Assembly: GCF_035594765.1 (NCBI RefSeq)
Contig: NC_085846.1
Span: forward strand, 15,053,190-15,117,189
Length of the DNA: 64,000 nucleotides
From: Anolis carolinensis
Lineage: Eukaryota
Reading direction: 5' to 3'
How positions within the stretch are numbered: position 1 is the stretch's first letter; every line of letters starts with the position of its first letter. Of the stretch, positions 41,850 to 55,669 are shown one piece after another. The notes beneath the pieces were generated by a model. It did not search any database. It was not told where the DNA came from and saw only the letters and a list, made by a program, of their open reading frames with translations. A program made the translations under genes and the position numbers.

Positions 41850-44800
41850 CTGAAAAGGAAGCATTTCTGTTTTATTTCCTCAAATATTTTTTATCATCAT
41901 CATTATTATTGCTATTGGTATTACTGATTTCTTTATCTTGGGATCTCAGGTGGCACACCAGTTAAACCATGCAAACAATTTAAAATAATTCCTTATTAAA
42001 AGCAATAGAATGTTTTCAGCAAGATTACGAAACAGCTTGAATGGATAAAATAATTCAAAGAGTGGGCATGAAGGTTGCTGTGAGTTTTCTGGCCATGTTC
42101 CAGAAGCATTATCTCCCGAAGTTTCGGCCACCTTTATGGCAGGCATCCTCAGAAGTTGTGAGGTATATTGGAAACTAGGCTAGTGAGGTTTATATATCTG
42201 TTGAATGTCCAGGGTGGGAGAAAGAACTCATCTGTTGGAGGAATGTATGAATGCAATTAATCACCTTGATTAGCATTTAATGGATGTTTTAAAGATTTTT
42301 TTAAAAGATGTTTTTAAATTGTTGATTTTAGCCGGTTCTTGTAAGCCGCCCCGAGCCCTAGGGGAGTGGCAGCATATAAGTTTGAAAAATAAATAAATAA
42401 TGGCATTGCAGCTTCAAAGCCTGGCTGCTTCCTCCCTGGGGCATCCTTTGTTGGGAGACATTAGCTAGCCCTGACTGCCTCATTTCCACTCAGAAAACAG
42501 GCATTCCAGACAAGAAACCATCAGGGTCACTTAACACCTCCCAACAAAGGATTCCCTCCAGGCAGTAAGCAGCTAGGCTTTGAAGCTGCAGGGCCATTCA
42601 ATGCTAATCAAGGTGGCCAACTGCCACATTCACACTTGCCTCAGAGTTCTTTCTCCACCCTGGACATTATAACACAGATATATACACCCCACTTGCCTAG
42701 TTTACAACAGACCTCAAAACCTTGGAGGATGCCTGCCATAGATGGGGGCGAAATGTCAGGAGAGAATGCTTCTGGATCATGGTATGACAGCCTGGAAAAC
42801 TCACAACAACCCAGTGATTCCAGCCATGAAAACCTTTGACAACACAATGGGCATGAAGTTTGAAAACCCATAAGAATTTTTGAGATGGCATTGAAAAAGA
42901 ACCAATGCTGGTGTCAACTCGATTTCTAAGCCAAAGGAAAACACAGTATGCAACCAATCCATGGATGGATCCACAAACCTATTATCACTGTTAATTTGAG
43001 CCTCTCTTCCCCCACTTCCCAATTCTTGGATCCTTCACAATTTCTTTCTTACTCATTCTAAATTTCTGGCCCCATCTGCACTGCCATATAATACAATTTA
43101 AAATAGCATTATATGCTCATTGTACTCATATAATGTAGTTCAGTGCAGTTAAACTGCATTATGTGAGTCTACAGTGACCATATAATGTCGTTTTACGCTG
43201 CATTAAATGGCAGGCTAGATGGGACATACGATGCTTTCCATTGCTGTTATCAGGTTTAACTATTCTTTTAATTTCCATAAACCTTCACTATTTCCTTTCA
43301 AACCAAATCTACATTTTAGAACTTCACTATCTCAATCAATCCACCATCTGTTGTGATCTTCCAAACTTATATCATTTGGTTCCTTCTTTTCTGGCCCATA
43401 TGCTGTTCACAGTTGCTCTTCTGCCTAAATGGGAGAGAAGTACCTGTATATGATGCCTTCATTTCGTGTTAATCCCTCCCTTTTATAGTACTCCGTGCTA
43501 ATTATCTCATTTGCTGCACACATCATAGAGTGCTTTATCATACTGCTCAAATTGGCCATAATATTTTCAGATCGTAATTGGTTTAGTAATGGAATTTTTC
43601 CTCTCAAAACCCTTATCTGAACATTCATGCCTGTTTTCAAATGCTTCCAAAATGTTCAGCTCCTTCTATCTTCATGCAAGTACTATTTAGTCCAGGCATG
43701 GCAAACTTGGGCCCTCCAGGTGTTTTGGACTTCAACTCTCACAATTTCTAACAGCCTACCGGCTGTTAGGAATTGTGGGAGTTGGAGTCCAAAACACCTG
43801 GAGGGCCAAAGTTTGTCCATGCCTGGTTTATTCCCACAAGAATCGGTTACATCAACTCAATTCATTATCAAGCCTCCCAGTTCACCTGGACTTTCTCCCC
43901 AACCAAAATATCTGTAATCACAGAACCCATACATTTCACTAATCTGTACCAGGGAAAAATAGCACTGGCCAACACACATCAAATGTTAGCCCTGTTTCTG
44001 GGTATATTTGACTTGCTGATTCCAAAAATGACACCATCAGATTTCCCTATCAGGTCTCATTTTTGAGATACAGAACATATTGCCATCATGGACTCACCCA
44101 TAGAAAATCATGATAATCATATCTAAGAAACTAGAGCTGATGAGGTCTATCTAATAGGCCTAAAAATCAAGACACCAAGATTTTTTTATTGCTGGGCTGT
44201 ATAGTCTCTCTAGGAATTTGCTAGGTCCTCAATATGCTTTTATGGTATCCTTCTTGAAGTTAACAGTGTTACACTGGAGGACCTAGCAAACCCTAGAGAG
44301 AACACCTCTCTAGGAATTGGTATGCTCTCTAACACAATGATATGATAGACTGGGATTGGAAGTGTATAAGCCAATTGAGTATAAGCTGACTTTTTCAGTG
44401 CTTTTTTAGGGCTGAAAAAGCCCCTCTCGACTTATACTTGAGTGAGGGTCCTGGTCAGCTTATATTCGAGTATATAGGTAATGAGAGTTGGACAGTCATA
44501 TCTTTAGTCGCCCATTATGCCCTAGGATTGGACCTGCTAAAGATTCACGGAAGTGTGGTAAATTTTTAAATAATGTTTTTACAGTTATACTATTTTAACT
44601 ATGGTCTGTTTAATCTGTTTTTAGTTCATTATTGGTGTTTTAATTGTTTTTTATGATGTAAATGTTGATTGATTGGGCTGCTCCGAGTCCCTTCGGGGAA
44701 ATGGTGGCAGCATACAAAAATAAAGTTGTTATTATCATCATCATCATCATCATCATATTAAAATCTTATTATCTTAAATTACAGTTTAATGTAGATATTC

Positions 44801-47800
44801 AAAAACATTTAACCTTCTGATGCCTCAAATAATGTAATTATATTGGTATCTATTTTTATTTTTGAAATTTACCAGTAGCTGTTGTATTTCCCACCCTCGT
44901 CTTATACTTGAGTCAATACGTTTTCCCAGTTTTTTGTGGTAAACTTAGATGCTTTGGCTTATATTAGAGTCTGCTTATACTTGAGTATATATGTTAAGCT
45001 AATTTAATACCATTTGGTCATATGTATGGTTTCAAGTAATCACAGTCCAGCCAGGGACATATCTCCCATGGATTTAGCGGTCTTACTAGTACTCCTTCCT
45101 CACTTTGTGCCACTCTACTCACCTCATGACATAGGAACGGACTGGGGCATTTTTGTAGATGTACTGTGCCAACCACCACTGGACACTCATGTTCCAATAG
45201 CGCATGCCATCCTTCACCTTGACACAGAAGTCTGTGCCATGTGGATCAATGTTCTTGATTGTTTCGTAATCATAGGTGACTTCAGATGCTTCCCCGTCAG
45301 CTGATCTGCTTATCAGAAAAGTAAAAAACAAAACAGGAATGGATTTGTAACCTCCAGAACTCTAATGCAATCTATGGGCCCTTCCAAATAGGTCCTATAT
45401 CCCAGGATCTGATCCCATGATTTCTGCTTTAAACTGGATTATATGAGTATGCACTGCCAGATAATCTGGGATAAACAAAAAACCTGGGATCAGATTCTGG
45501 GATATAGGGCCTGTCTGAAAGGGCCCTATATAAAGCTGCTTTCAGATCGTCTGGAAGCTACCTATAGCTATTGGAGTTTCAAATAAGAGGATTCTGTAGT
45601 AATTGTACTGTAACATCTGTGTAATAGCAAACCTAATGATTCTAAAATTCAGTCCTACATTTTAAAAATTATAAATAGTCAGTTCCTGCAGAGGTCATAG
45701 CCAAATATTCGTATGACGTTTGTGGTGGAAAAAGCCTTCTCTACCTTCAGTAAAGGTAGTGAAAACAATTGGCTTCAAGGCCTTTAGAAGAGTAAGTATG
45801 GCACTGTAGATTGTTTATTTATTCAGTTGTAAACACAGTCTGAATGGGCAAGAGGATGATCTAATACACTTAATTTTCTTTTAATTTTAAAGAGAGCCTT
45901 TCAGACATGGAGCTTATCAAGTGAATGTTCCTTTTCAGTATTTCAGCTTCACTTATGATTACACGATGTAACATGATTGTTGTTCTTGGGTTATAAATGT
46001 CATTTCCTCATTGGTTCTATCAAAAAACATTGAAAAGGTTTATTAAACTTCTAAAACTTTTGTTTTTTTTGTGGGAGGGACATCCTGCAGCATATTTTGC
46101 TATAGTTTTTCAACGAACACCTCAGAGTCTCAACCAATTCAACATAATTTGTGGCAGCCACAAAAACAAACTTTCTGGAGTATAACGACTACTGTATATA
46201 GCCAAGTATAAGCCGAATTTTCCGGCTCTTTTTTAGGGCTGAAAAAGCTGCCTTCGGCTTATATTCAAGTGAGGGTCCTGGTCGGCTTATATTCAGGTCG
46301 ACTTATACTCGAGTATATAGATAATCAGAGTTGGACAGTCTTGTCTTAAATTACAGATTTATGTAATTATTCAAAAACATTTAACCTTTGCTGGTTTCCT
46401 GAGGCCCTATAGCAGGCATGGGCAAGCCTTGGCCCTCCAGGTGTTTTGGACTCCAACTCCCACAATTCCTAACAGCCTCAGGCCCCTTCCTTTACCCCCT
46501 CAGCCGCTTAAGCGGCTGAGGGGGAAAAGGAAAGGGCCTGAGGCTGTTAGGAATTGTGGGAGTTGGAGTCCAAAACACCTGGAGGGCCGAAACTTGCCCA
46601 TGCCTGCTATATAATATTCAGTGTATCTAAAGTAAACAAAGTTAAGTATCCACACACATACATAGTAAATGCAAAATATATTTTAAGGACTCAACTATGC
46701 AGGCTAGTGTTCCATGAATCACATTACTATGACAAAGGCTCAACATCAGTAAACCAGGATTCCATAATGCAGTTCTCTAGATGTGAACTGGAGAAGGAAT
46801 CCTAAGCTAAAAAGGGGGCTGTCTTCTTCACTCACTTGCTAAGGGGCTCATATTCCAGAGTGGGGCCCCCGCCTGAGCGCGCTTTGGCAGCAGTCGGATA
46901 CGCCCCGAAGGCAGCAGCGATGCAGGCGCATTCGGCGCACAGCCAGGCCACGTAGAAGCGCATGCGGAAGACGAAGAAGATGGGCACCATGTAGAAGAGG
47001 CGGAAAGGAAGCGCTCGTTCGTAGAAGGCGTCGCTCCGGACATAATTAAGAGGGAAGAAGTGGGAGACCGCCAGGAAAAGGGCCCCGAAGACAGGTATAT
47101 ATTTGGCCCTGGAAAGCAGCGGTTGCCAGCTTGGGATGGCGGAGGAGTCAGGCTGGTTGAGCCAATCGTAATGAGTCCGGTAGCGGAAAAACGGACCTGG
47201 ATACAAGGAAACAACATTCAGATCAATGCGCCCATAGAGAGAACTACGCCACAGAAGGCCAAGATAAGTCAAGGGGGAGAATATAATGCCAACACATATA
47301 ATCTATACATACAATAAAGGTAAAAATCTGGATGCGTGTATGTGGCACGGGTGTTCGTTCACACAGTGCTGTCTGTTCCCAGTGATGTGGAGCCACCAAG
47401 TCACTCCCTCCAAGGACATTGCAGGTTACAGTGAGCACATCCCATGGTTCCTTTCTCTCTCCATTTGCATGACCCCACCCATTGCTTCTCCCTTACCCCT
47501 TTCCTATTCAGCAACTGACCATACTGGAGAGGGGTTTGGGAAAAATTCACCATGATTTATAGGAGTTGGAGGGACTGGAATGTATAGTTCACCTGCAATC
47601 TAAGAGCACTCTGGACCCCACCAATGATGGAGCTGGAACTCACTTGCCACACAGACCCAACATGGCCAGATTTGCATACTGGCGGGGTTTGGAGGTGATT
47701 GACCTTGACATCCAGGAGTTATAGTTCACCCATATTCAGAGAACACTGAACCCATCTGATGATGGATCTCGACCAAACTTGGCACACAAATTCAACATGG

Positions 47801-50800
47801 CCAACTGGGAACACTGGTGGACTTTGGGGGTGATTCATCTTTAACTCTGGGAGTTATAGTTCGTCTGTATTCCATGAGGCGTCTAAACTCCACCAATGAC
47901 AGATCTGGACCAAACATGGCACACAGACCCAACACTGCCAACTTGGGTGATTGACCTTGGCATCAGAGAGTTATAGTTCACCTATAGTCAGAGAACACTT
48001 GAACTCAGCAAGTGACAGATCTGGATCAAACTTGGCATACAGACCCAGCATGGCCAACTGTGCATACTGGCAGAGTTTGTGGAGGGTTGACCCAACATTT
48101 TTGGGAACTGTAGTTCAACCATATCCTTATGCATTTTCTAATGGGAGCATTCATAAAAACAAAAGCAAAGACTGAGTTTTTTTCTAAGACATAGTGTAAC
48201 ATATGACCAAACTAATATGACTTAACATCCAAAAATAAACAAGGTCCTTTTGAAATAACCCAGGCATTGCTAGTTTAAGAATATATGTAGCTTGGATGCA
48301 AAGTAAAGGTTTCATGTGCTCAAAACACACTAGGTGCCCTTTTTTCATTGACTGAACCTGATGATATAAGGACAACCTATGGTATGACAGCTTTCACAGC
48401 ATGTTTCTGCCTCTCAGATCTATAGGAGAAATAAATCTTGGGGTATGATTACATGAAAGACAATCTTCTCCCTTTCAGGCACATTCAGTCTTCAATACTA
48501 TGTGGAGAGATCCCTTGGAGATGCCAAATATTTCCCTATAGTATGTACAATATGCTCCAGCAATCAGATGCCAATGGAATGCTTACCCATTTCCCCTCCA
48601 TATAGTTCAACTTATCATCTGTGTAATGGACAACATAAATAGAATATTTTGTGTATGATGTATATATGGTATGCCTGATATTAATGTTATTATTGTACAC
48701 CACTGTGAATTTCTTACATCTAAATAAGTTTATAAAAATTCATAAATGAATCAGTAAGAATAGGTATATGGACGCAATGGAGAAAGAGAAAGAGAACTAC
48801 AGAAATTACAGCAGGCATGGGCAAACTTGGCCCCTCCAGGTGTTTTGGACTACAACTCCCACAATTCCTAACAGCCTACCGGCTGTTAGGAATTGTGGGA
48901 GTTGTAGTCCAAAACACCTGGAGGGGCCAAGTTTGCCCGTGCCTGAGTTATAGCATATAAGCTGGAAACACACACAAAGATCACTAATGTGAAGGCAATA
49001 CTTGGAATAAGCACCAGAGGTCAGTAACATGCTTGCGTCAGTAGGGGAAAACAACAGGATTAGAGATAGATGATTTCTGGAAATGTTGAAGCCAGCACGA
49101 AAAATAATTCTAATCACTGTTGTCTGGAGGGGGGAAAGGAGAAATGGAAAAAATGGGGAAAATTCCATTTTTCTCATTTATTTTCTTTTTAGGGGTGTTA
49201 CTCCCATATCTAATTAAGACACAGCAAAACACAAAATGAAAGAAAAGATGAAATATGATTTTGTTTATTTTCCTTTTAAAGGAAATTGCAACAAAATTAG
49301 TATCCTATTCCCCTTCTTTGGTTAGAATATCCATAATCCAAAACGCTCCAAAATGGTAAACTTTTTGCTGCCAGTAGCTCATTTCTGTATTTGCTGCAGT
49401 AAGTCTTCTGCTTGTTAATTTGCAAGTCTGGCAGGATCCCCAAAGACAGTGGTTCTCAGCCTGTGGGTCCTCAGGTGTTTTGGTCTACAATTTCCAGAAA
49501 TCCCAGCCAGTTCACCAGCTGTCAGGATTTCTGGAAGTTGAAGGCCAAAACATCTGGGGACCCACAGGTTGAGAAACACTTGACCAAAGATCTCCTCTAC
49601 AGTACTATATTTTCCCCCGATGATCAGGTCCCTTATCTCTGTTTCTGAGATCCACAGACTCTCTCCAGCCTTATGTCTCATACACAACATGAACAGTAAA
49701 CAAACAAGACACAAGGGTGGAGAGAGGTATGAGGCTGCAGAGACAAACAATGATTTCTGATATGATAGCAGGCATTGATTTGCACTGAGCACTAGGCTTG
49801 GATTCCTGCTGTTTCACAGACCTGCAGTCTCTCCCCAGCCTCGCGTTTCTCTCCAACCTCGCAAATATATTATACACTAAATTACTCATGTTGTGTATTG
49901 TGGATCTATGTATACTATGTATATGCAAATAATCCCAAATACTTTGGGTATCAAGCATTTCAGATAAGGGATAATCACTGGGTTGCTGTGAGTTTTCCAA
50001 GCTGTATGGCCATGTTCCAGAAGCATTCTCTCCTGATGTTTCACCCACATCTATGGCAGGCATCCTCAGAGGTTGTGAGGTTTGTTGTAAACTAGGCAAG
50101 TGGGGTTTATATATCTGTGGAATGTCCAGGGTAGGAGAAGGAGGAGATCTCTTTCCTGTTTGAGGCTTCCTGCCTGGGGGAATCCTTTGTTGGGAGATAT
50201 TAGCAGCCAGGCTTTGTTGGGAGGTATTAGCTGCAAGGCCATTCAATGCTAATCAAGGTGGCCAATTGCAACATTCACACTTGCCTCAAGCAGACAGGAA
50301 TTCTTTCTCCCAACCTGGACATTCAATGGATATGTAAACCCCACTTGCCCAGTTTCCAACAGACCTCACAACCTCTGAGAATGCCTGCCAGAGATGTGGG
50401 TGCAATGTCAGGAGAGAATGCTTCTGGAACATGGCCATACAGCTTGGAAAACCCACAGCAACCTAGTGATTCCGGCCATGAAAGCCTTTGACAACACAAG
50501 GGATAATCAATCTGTATGTAGTCAGAGGTTTAAAGAAAAAACCCATATGGCTGCCAAAGGCAAAGTCCACTATGGGCATTTAGAGGTGTATGCTTATTTC
50601 CCCTTGCCCTGTTCATTGCAAGGTAACTCAGGTACCTGTCATGAGCCCCACGTAGCAAAAACTGTAGCACAGGATCTCAACCAATCCGGGCATTTTAGGA
50701 ATCACACCAATCACAGAAGACTTGGAAAATGATGTCACTTCTTGCTTCTTTGCCTGAGTGAATTCTTGAACTTCATTGGCCAAGCTCACCATCTGCAGGG

Positions 50801-53800
50801 ACCAAATATTAAAGGCATCAGGGGAAGTAGATTTCCTAGGAGAAAATCTGCAGGGGGGAGGGGGGGGATCATGGGAATTCTTAAACAGGACCTCTCAAAA
50901 CAATACAACTGAGAAAGAGGAAGAAACCAAACTGGAAGTAGGAAGTTTTCTGGTTTTGATAAGCCATTGGCTGTTTAAGTGTCAGAGAACTTAGATGCGG
51001 AGTGGGTTTGCCAGAGTGAAAACTGGAGAGCCAGTGTAGAAAAAAGAATTTCAGTATGTATTGAGCAATGCTTTTCAGAAAACCACATAGCAAGTAACAC
51101 TTTTCGAAATCCCACAGCCTGTAAAAGTACAGAAACCCTCTCCAGTTTTTAATTTGGCAACCCTGGACACCAGTAGACCACTCCAATTCAACTATGAATT
51201 CTAAGGTTACATTGTATTTGTATTGTATTTTAAACTCTGTATAATGTATTCTAATATATGTATTTTATGTGTTCTTATATATGTATTTTATGGTAATGTT
51301 TTTGAACGGTGTTGTGACTCACCTCGAACCAGTCCTGCCCTGGCAAACCTAGCAGGGGCTACAACCTACTTAAAAAGTGAATTACTGCTCTTGGGGCTTT
51401 CAGCAAAGGCAACTCTCCCCTTTAAAATGGTCTAGAAATAAGGTAATCCAAGAAATCTGATATGGTTCGGTGCCACAAAAACAACTGTGGCTCCCAAACC
51501 ACATTGTTCCCACTGCTGCTTTATCCATCCACCACACTGTGCCATTTACCTTGAGAGTGAGCAAAAGCTGCACAGCATTGGTGAAAGGTGTCGGCTCTGG
51601 GAAGTCAAAGAAGGTCACAGTGCGGAAAAAGAGCAGGTAGGAAAAGGTCCACCCAAGGGTCAGGTAGTGGCAGGCCCTGAAACAGAGTAGGGAAAATAAA
51701 ATTACTGTAAAAGACTGATAGTTTTAATTAATAGTATACAGATTTCTTTCTTGGTTTCAACCCCACTAGGAATACATCTTGGCACTAAATGTCCCATTTA
51801 TTCTTATGGTCTATAACTCCTAGAATTTCCCAGGTAACACAGCCACTGAGTATGCTGTGGGGGTGATGGTGGTTTTGGGACTCGGGAAAATCCTGCAAAA
51901 CTCCAGTTCTAATGTGGAAAGACTTTCCCATTTTCAGGTGACTAAGAAATCCTGGTGCAATTTGAGTGTTCCAATTCCCAGCCATGGAAAACTCACAGGG
52001 TGTCTCATTCTCTCAGCCTCAGGCAAAACTCCCTCTGGACAAAGCTTGCCAAGAAAACGCCATAATCGGTTAGCCTTTGGGTCATCATACTTTGGAAATA
52101 ACTTTTAAAAGTTATTTCAACAACAACACCATCAACACAAAGTCCTGGCTCTACATCTGTGTGCTCACGTTGCCTTCTACGAAAGGCTCTTCTCCATGAT
52201 CTTTGAAGTCCTCTCTTGTTTTAGCAAGTTATATTCGAGGCTGATCGACTACAGGCTTGTTTGATTTATTTTGCTGCTGTCACTATTGTTAATAAAATCC
52301 CAAGATGAAGCCAGAGGCAAACAAAATCCAGATCAAAGGAAGGAATAAAAACATCTCTTTGCAGACTATTTTAAGCACAGACCTTTAGTAGGAAAACAAA
52401 GGAGCTCACAGTAGTTTTGCACAAAGTCTGCTCCAGGTGGCTTCCAATTTTTTTCTCATGTTAGCTGCCTATTTTTAATAGGATGCAATCTTTCCTTGGC
52501 ATCTGAGGCAGAGAAATTCTCCTGGTCTTAATCCTTTCCTTCACTGTCATGTCTTTTTCCTTGTGAGTCCTATTTTTTCTAGATTGTAAGCCTGAGGGCA
52601 GGAAACTGTCAGATTAACAATTTATAAGCTCCTCTGGGCATCCTTTTGGCTGAAGAGAATGACATATATATACTCTAAATAAGTAAGCAACTAACATTAA
52701 CTTCAACAGCAAAGTTGACACACTCTGATAAGGAGAAAGATCCATGCAGTGAGCAACCATTCATGACATACAGACCCAAATACCATTTTCAAGAAACGCT
52801 GCCACAAACCACCCAATGATCTACCATTAGATCATAATCTAATACACTATGTAGCAAAAATTGAAACATTTTCTCTTCCTGGTTTGAAAGTGTTACTTCC
52901 TGTTTAAATTGTGTGATACTTATTTTGAAAGTAGTCGTTATACCCCAGAAACCTGATGGAATTGGTTGAGACTCTATTGAAAAACTATAGCAAAATGTGC
53001 TGCACAACATTTTTGCAGGTTAATAAGTTTTCCCATGTTTTTATGATAGAACCCATTAGGAAATGCTATTTATAACCCAGAAACAAAAATCATGTTACAT
53101 AGTGTTATTGTCCATCCCTGCTTCAGACCTCACAGTTACTGTGCCTTAGAGACTTGATCCACAATAGCACCAACTACTGATAATGTTTTACAGAACATGG
53201 CCTCACTTCCACAGACCTTAATGCATCTACGCTGTAGAACTAATGCAGTTTGACACCACTTTAACTACCATTCCTTAATGCTATAGAATCAGTGGAGTTT
53301 TGCAAGGCTATCTTGGCCTCACCAATATAACAACCCCCAGGATTCCATACCACTGAGAGATCACAGTTGTCAAACTGCATTAATTCTACAGTGCAGATGC
53401 ACATTGAGATGCCGCCCTTCATTTTGCAATACTCTCTGGCTTTTTGTGTGATCTCATAACTCAAAATGTTTCCCTGATTTAGCCCTCAGCTTCACTCCTT
53501 TACCTTGGCGAGATATTGATAATAAGCCACGTCCCCAGGATGGTGATGAGCGAGTGGAGGGTGTGGATGTGGCAAGTGGCCAGAGTCAGCACGAGCCCTG
53601 CAGCCGCCCCTCCAAATTGCTTGGTCTTTAGTCCTATGGAGAAGCAAAGGAACATGTTTCCTCAAATCAATAGCATGCTGGGCTTGAGATTTGGGTAGGT
53701 ATACAACTAAGAACTTGTCAGAAATATTAAAAATTAACTAGGTATTTTTAATTACAAAAATGTGAGTCAAGCACTGAAAAGATTAAATGGATGCAAAGCT

Positions 53801-54674
53801 ATTGTGTGAAGCTTCTGTTTAAGTTCATTGTGAGAGAAGACTCTGTGAGAGCAAAGTTGTTTATCTTCATGAGAAAGAAACCCAGCGTGGAAGCAAAGAA
53901 GGAAGCATAAAGAACTTTATTTGTGTTGTGGAAACCTTGTTTTTGTAAACAGTACAACCATATTATTTTGCTATAAAGAAAAGCCACCTAAGGAAGAGAT
54001 AACATTGGCCTGCATGTTTTTGTGCTGGATCACACTGCTGCTAATAAGTTATTCTGCTGTAACTTTTGTTACCTTGAGGAGGGTCTTTTGTTAATAAGCC
54101 CACTCGCTCAACAGAACTCAGAGGATGAAACCATACATTGCTGGTTGCTAGGGAACTTGGGAGGGATTTCTTGGAATGCAACACCCAACTCCATGCTAAC
54201 AAAACAATTTTGAGAGTTGTGGTACAAATAGAATTAATTGTTCCTGTTTTTGTAAGCTGTTTGGCATGATGGGTAAGGAATACATTATGCCAGGCATGGG
54301 CAAATTTTGGCCCTCCTGGTGTTTTGGACTTCCTGGTGTTTAGGAATTGTGGGAGTTGAAGTCCAAAACACCTGGAGGGCCAAAGTTTGCCCATGCCTGG
54401 CTTATGTTTAAATTCTCACTGGGGCACCTAGAGATTCCTAAAGAGATGGTTAAAAATTATAAATATTTACATTTACAAGGATTTGGGAGCCCTTAGCCAT
54501 AGGCAATAGGGGCGGTCTGGATCACTTGTCTTAACCCCAACTCCATGATCGATTCCCTTCCACAACATAATATTTTGCCCTCCAAATTTAGCACTTACCC
54601 CCTTTTTTGAAGAGGAAACCAATTGGGATGGAGACGAGAAGCACAGACAAGTAGATGATTTCTTCAGGTGACAT
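41468..54674 (-). CDS. MBOAT7: lysophospholipid acyltransferase 7 / LPIAT1 (471 aa, 7 coding exons)
   Basis: complement(join(41468..41849,45123..45305,46836..47196,50636..50792,51550..51676,53504..53633,54599..54674)), 1416 nt in frame. MSPEE start, TGPFFRYRT, RYWNMSVQWWLAQYIY and SAYWHGIHPGYY (MBOAT catalytic Asn and His). Confidence 0.96.
42072..42845. mobile_element. Penelope-like element, inverted pLTR pair, with nested L2 tail (about 42284-42400, taatgg duplication)
   Basis: minus arm about 42072-42480, plus arm about 42490-42845. Confidence 0.85.
43693..43825. mobile_element. palindromic hAT MITE (CAGGCATGGGC family)
   Basis: inverted arms, degenerate TSD. Confidence 0.8.
44364..44995. 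mobile_element. DNA transposon remnant with ACTCGAGTATAAGCCGA-type subrepeats (pieces also at about 34900-35125 and 46190-46385)
   Basis: repeated ggcttatactcgagta motifs and shared interior across three loci; superfamily uncertain. Confidence 0.6.
45123..45305 (-). CDS. MBOAT7: MBOAT7 coding exon 6
   Basis: YDYETIKNID...MRYWNMSVQWWLAQYIYK. Confidence 0.93.
45376..45525. mobile_element. PIF/Harbinger-like palindromic MITE
   Basis: GGGCCC ends, long inverted arms, 3-bp tat duplication. Confidence 0.65.
46413..46606. mobile_element. palindromic hAT MITE, long subtype
   Basis: centre cctcagccgcttaagcggctgagg. Confidence 0.85.
46836..47196 (-). CDS. MBOAT7: MBOAT7 coding exon 5
   Basis: GPFFRYRT...FRMRFYVAW...GAYP. 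Confidence 0.95.
47302..48273 (+). mobile_element. non-autonomous Helitron with internal tandem subrepeats of about 110 bp
   Basis: A|TC 5' end (atctatacatacaataaa), CTAG|T 3' end, no TSD; 3' hairpin partly deleted relative to the copy ending at 57884. Confidence 0.65.
48812..48945. mobile_element. palindromic hAT MITE (CAGGCATGGGC family)
   Basis: TSD aattacag/agttatag. Confidence 0.85.
49447..49582. mobile_element. palindromic hAT MITE (CAGTGGTTCTCAACCT family)
   Basis: inverted arms. Confidence 0.78.
49974..50497. mobile_element. Penelope-like element, inverted pLTR pair
   Basis: minus arm about 49974-50230, plus arm about 50230-50497. Confidence 0.85.
50636..50792 (-). CDS. MBOAT7: MBOAT7 coding exon 4
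   Basis: MVSLANEVQE...YSFCYVGLMT. Confidence 0.93.
51550..51676 (-). CDS. MBOAT7: MBOAT7 coding exon 3
   Basis: WTFSYLLFFR...PTPFTNAVQLLLTLK. Confidence 0.95.
53504..53633 (-). CDS. MBOAT7: MBOAT7 coding exon 2
   Basis: ...LATCHIHTLHSLITILGTW... Confidence 0.93.
54291..54399. mobile_element. palindromic hAT MITE with internal deletion
   Basis: both TIRs present. Confidence 0.8.
54599..54674 (-). CDS. MBOAT7: MBOAT7 first coding exon (MSPEEIIYLSVLLVSIPIGFLFKKG)
   Basis: ATG at 54674; an acceptor 9 nt upstream (exon starts 54683) implies an upstream non-coding exon; GTAAGT donor. Confidence 0.93.
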
Positions 54675-55669
54675 TGTGGCCGGCTGGTGGGAAAGAAAGA
54701 ATCAACACAAGTTACACAAATCAAAGCCAGAAAGACTGGAAATACCAGGCAGAGACCTGTGACCCTGGACCTTTTTTTCTTTTAGGCTAACTGCCTTCAG
54801 TTACAGGAAAACACAAAAATGTGATAGCAGTGTAGCTTTAAACAGCAGTACAATCCTGGAGTTTGAAGCAGAAGTTCAAGAAACCTTTTTTTCTTGGACT
54901 ACAAGTCCCAAAATTCCTCAGAATCCAAAATCCAAGAAAATAACTTGTCCAAGTTTTGTGTTTCTTCTCTACCAATCCACCCTGCCTGATATCATGCCTA
55001 TATTTCATTGGTTTTAACAGTCCCAATCTGGGAGTTATAGCGCAAACGTGTCAGCCAAAATATCTAGATTCTTGCATCAAAAGACTGGAATCCAGAAGGC
55101 AAATCCAAGAAATGCTGGGACTCCGATTACTTAGGCTGCCATTCTGTTCGTCCCATTTAGAGTAGAGCCATTCAATCAATTGTTGAATAGCAAGTGAATA
55201 GGAAGATAAAGCTAATGTATTCAACAGTTGGGTTTGGTGTTATAGTTCAGGGGGCACCCAGATAAATGTATAACAAGTGGATTCAGGAGAGATAAGAAAA
55301 ATCCTTTTTTACCAGTGTGTATATTGATTACTGATACGTACTCAAGATAGTTTTAAAAGCAGATGAAGAAATTTGTGGAGGAAAGGCCAATCTAACAGTA
55401 GCTATTATTAGCCAATAGCTATTACTCATGATGAGTGGGAGCTGCAACGAAATGTCATACTGTTCAACATTCCAGCCATGTCCTTTTCCCATGGTAGTTA
55501 CTGTTTGGATTACAACTCTCATTGATTTCTCTCAAATATCAATATGTTTCTGTAAGTATGTGCCTTTAAGCCTTTTGTCATCTATGGCAATTCCATAGAT
55601 TTCACGGATCTGGTGACTTAGTTTTAAACTATAATCTTTTAAATCTGCATTAATTTATTAATTACGTCT

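Noticed and set aside
47560-48120. Regular repeats resembling a CRISPR array (also 57000-57700 and 60010-60500)
   Set aside because: The whole units of about 110 bp are homologous with no unique spacers, the context is eukaryotic, and there are no cas genes.
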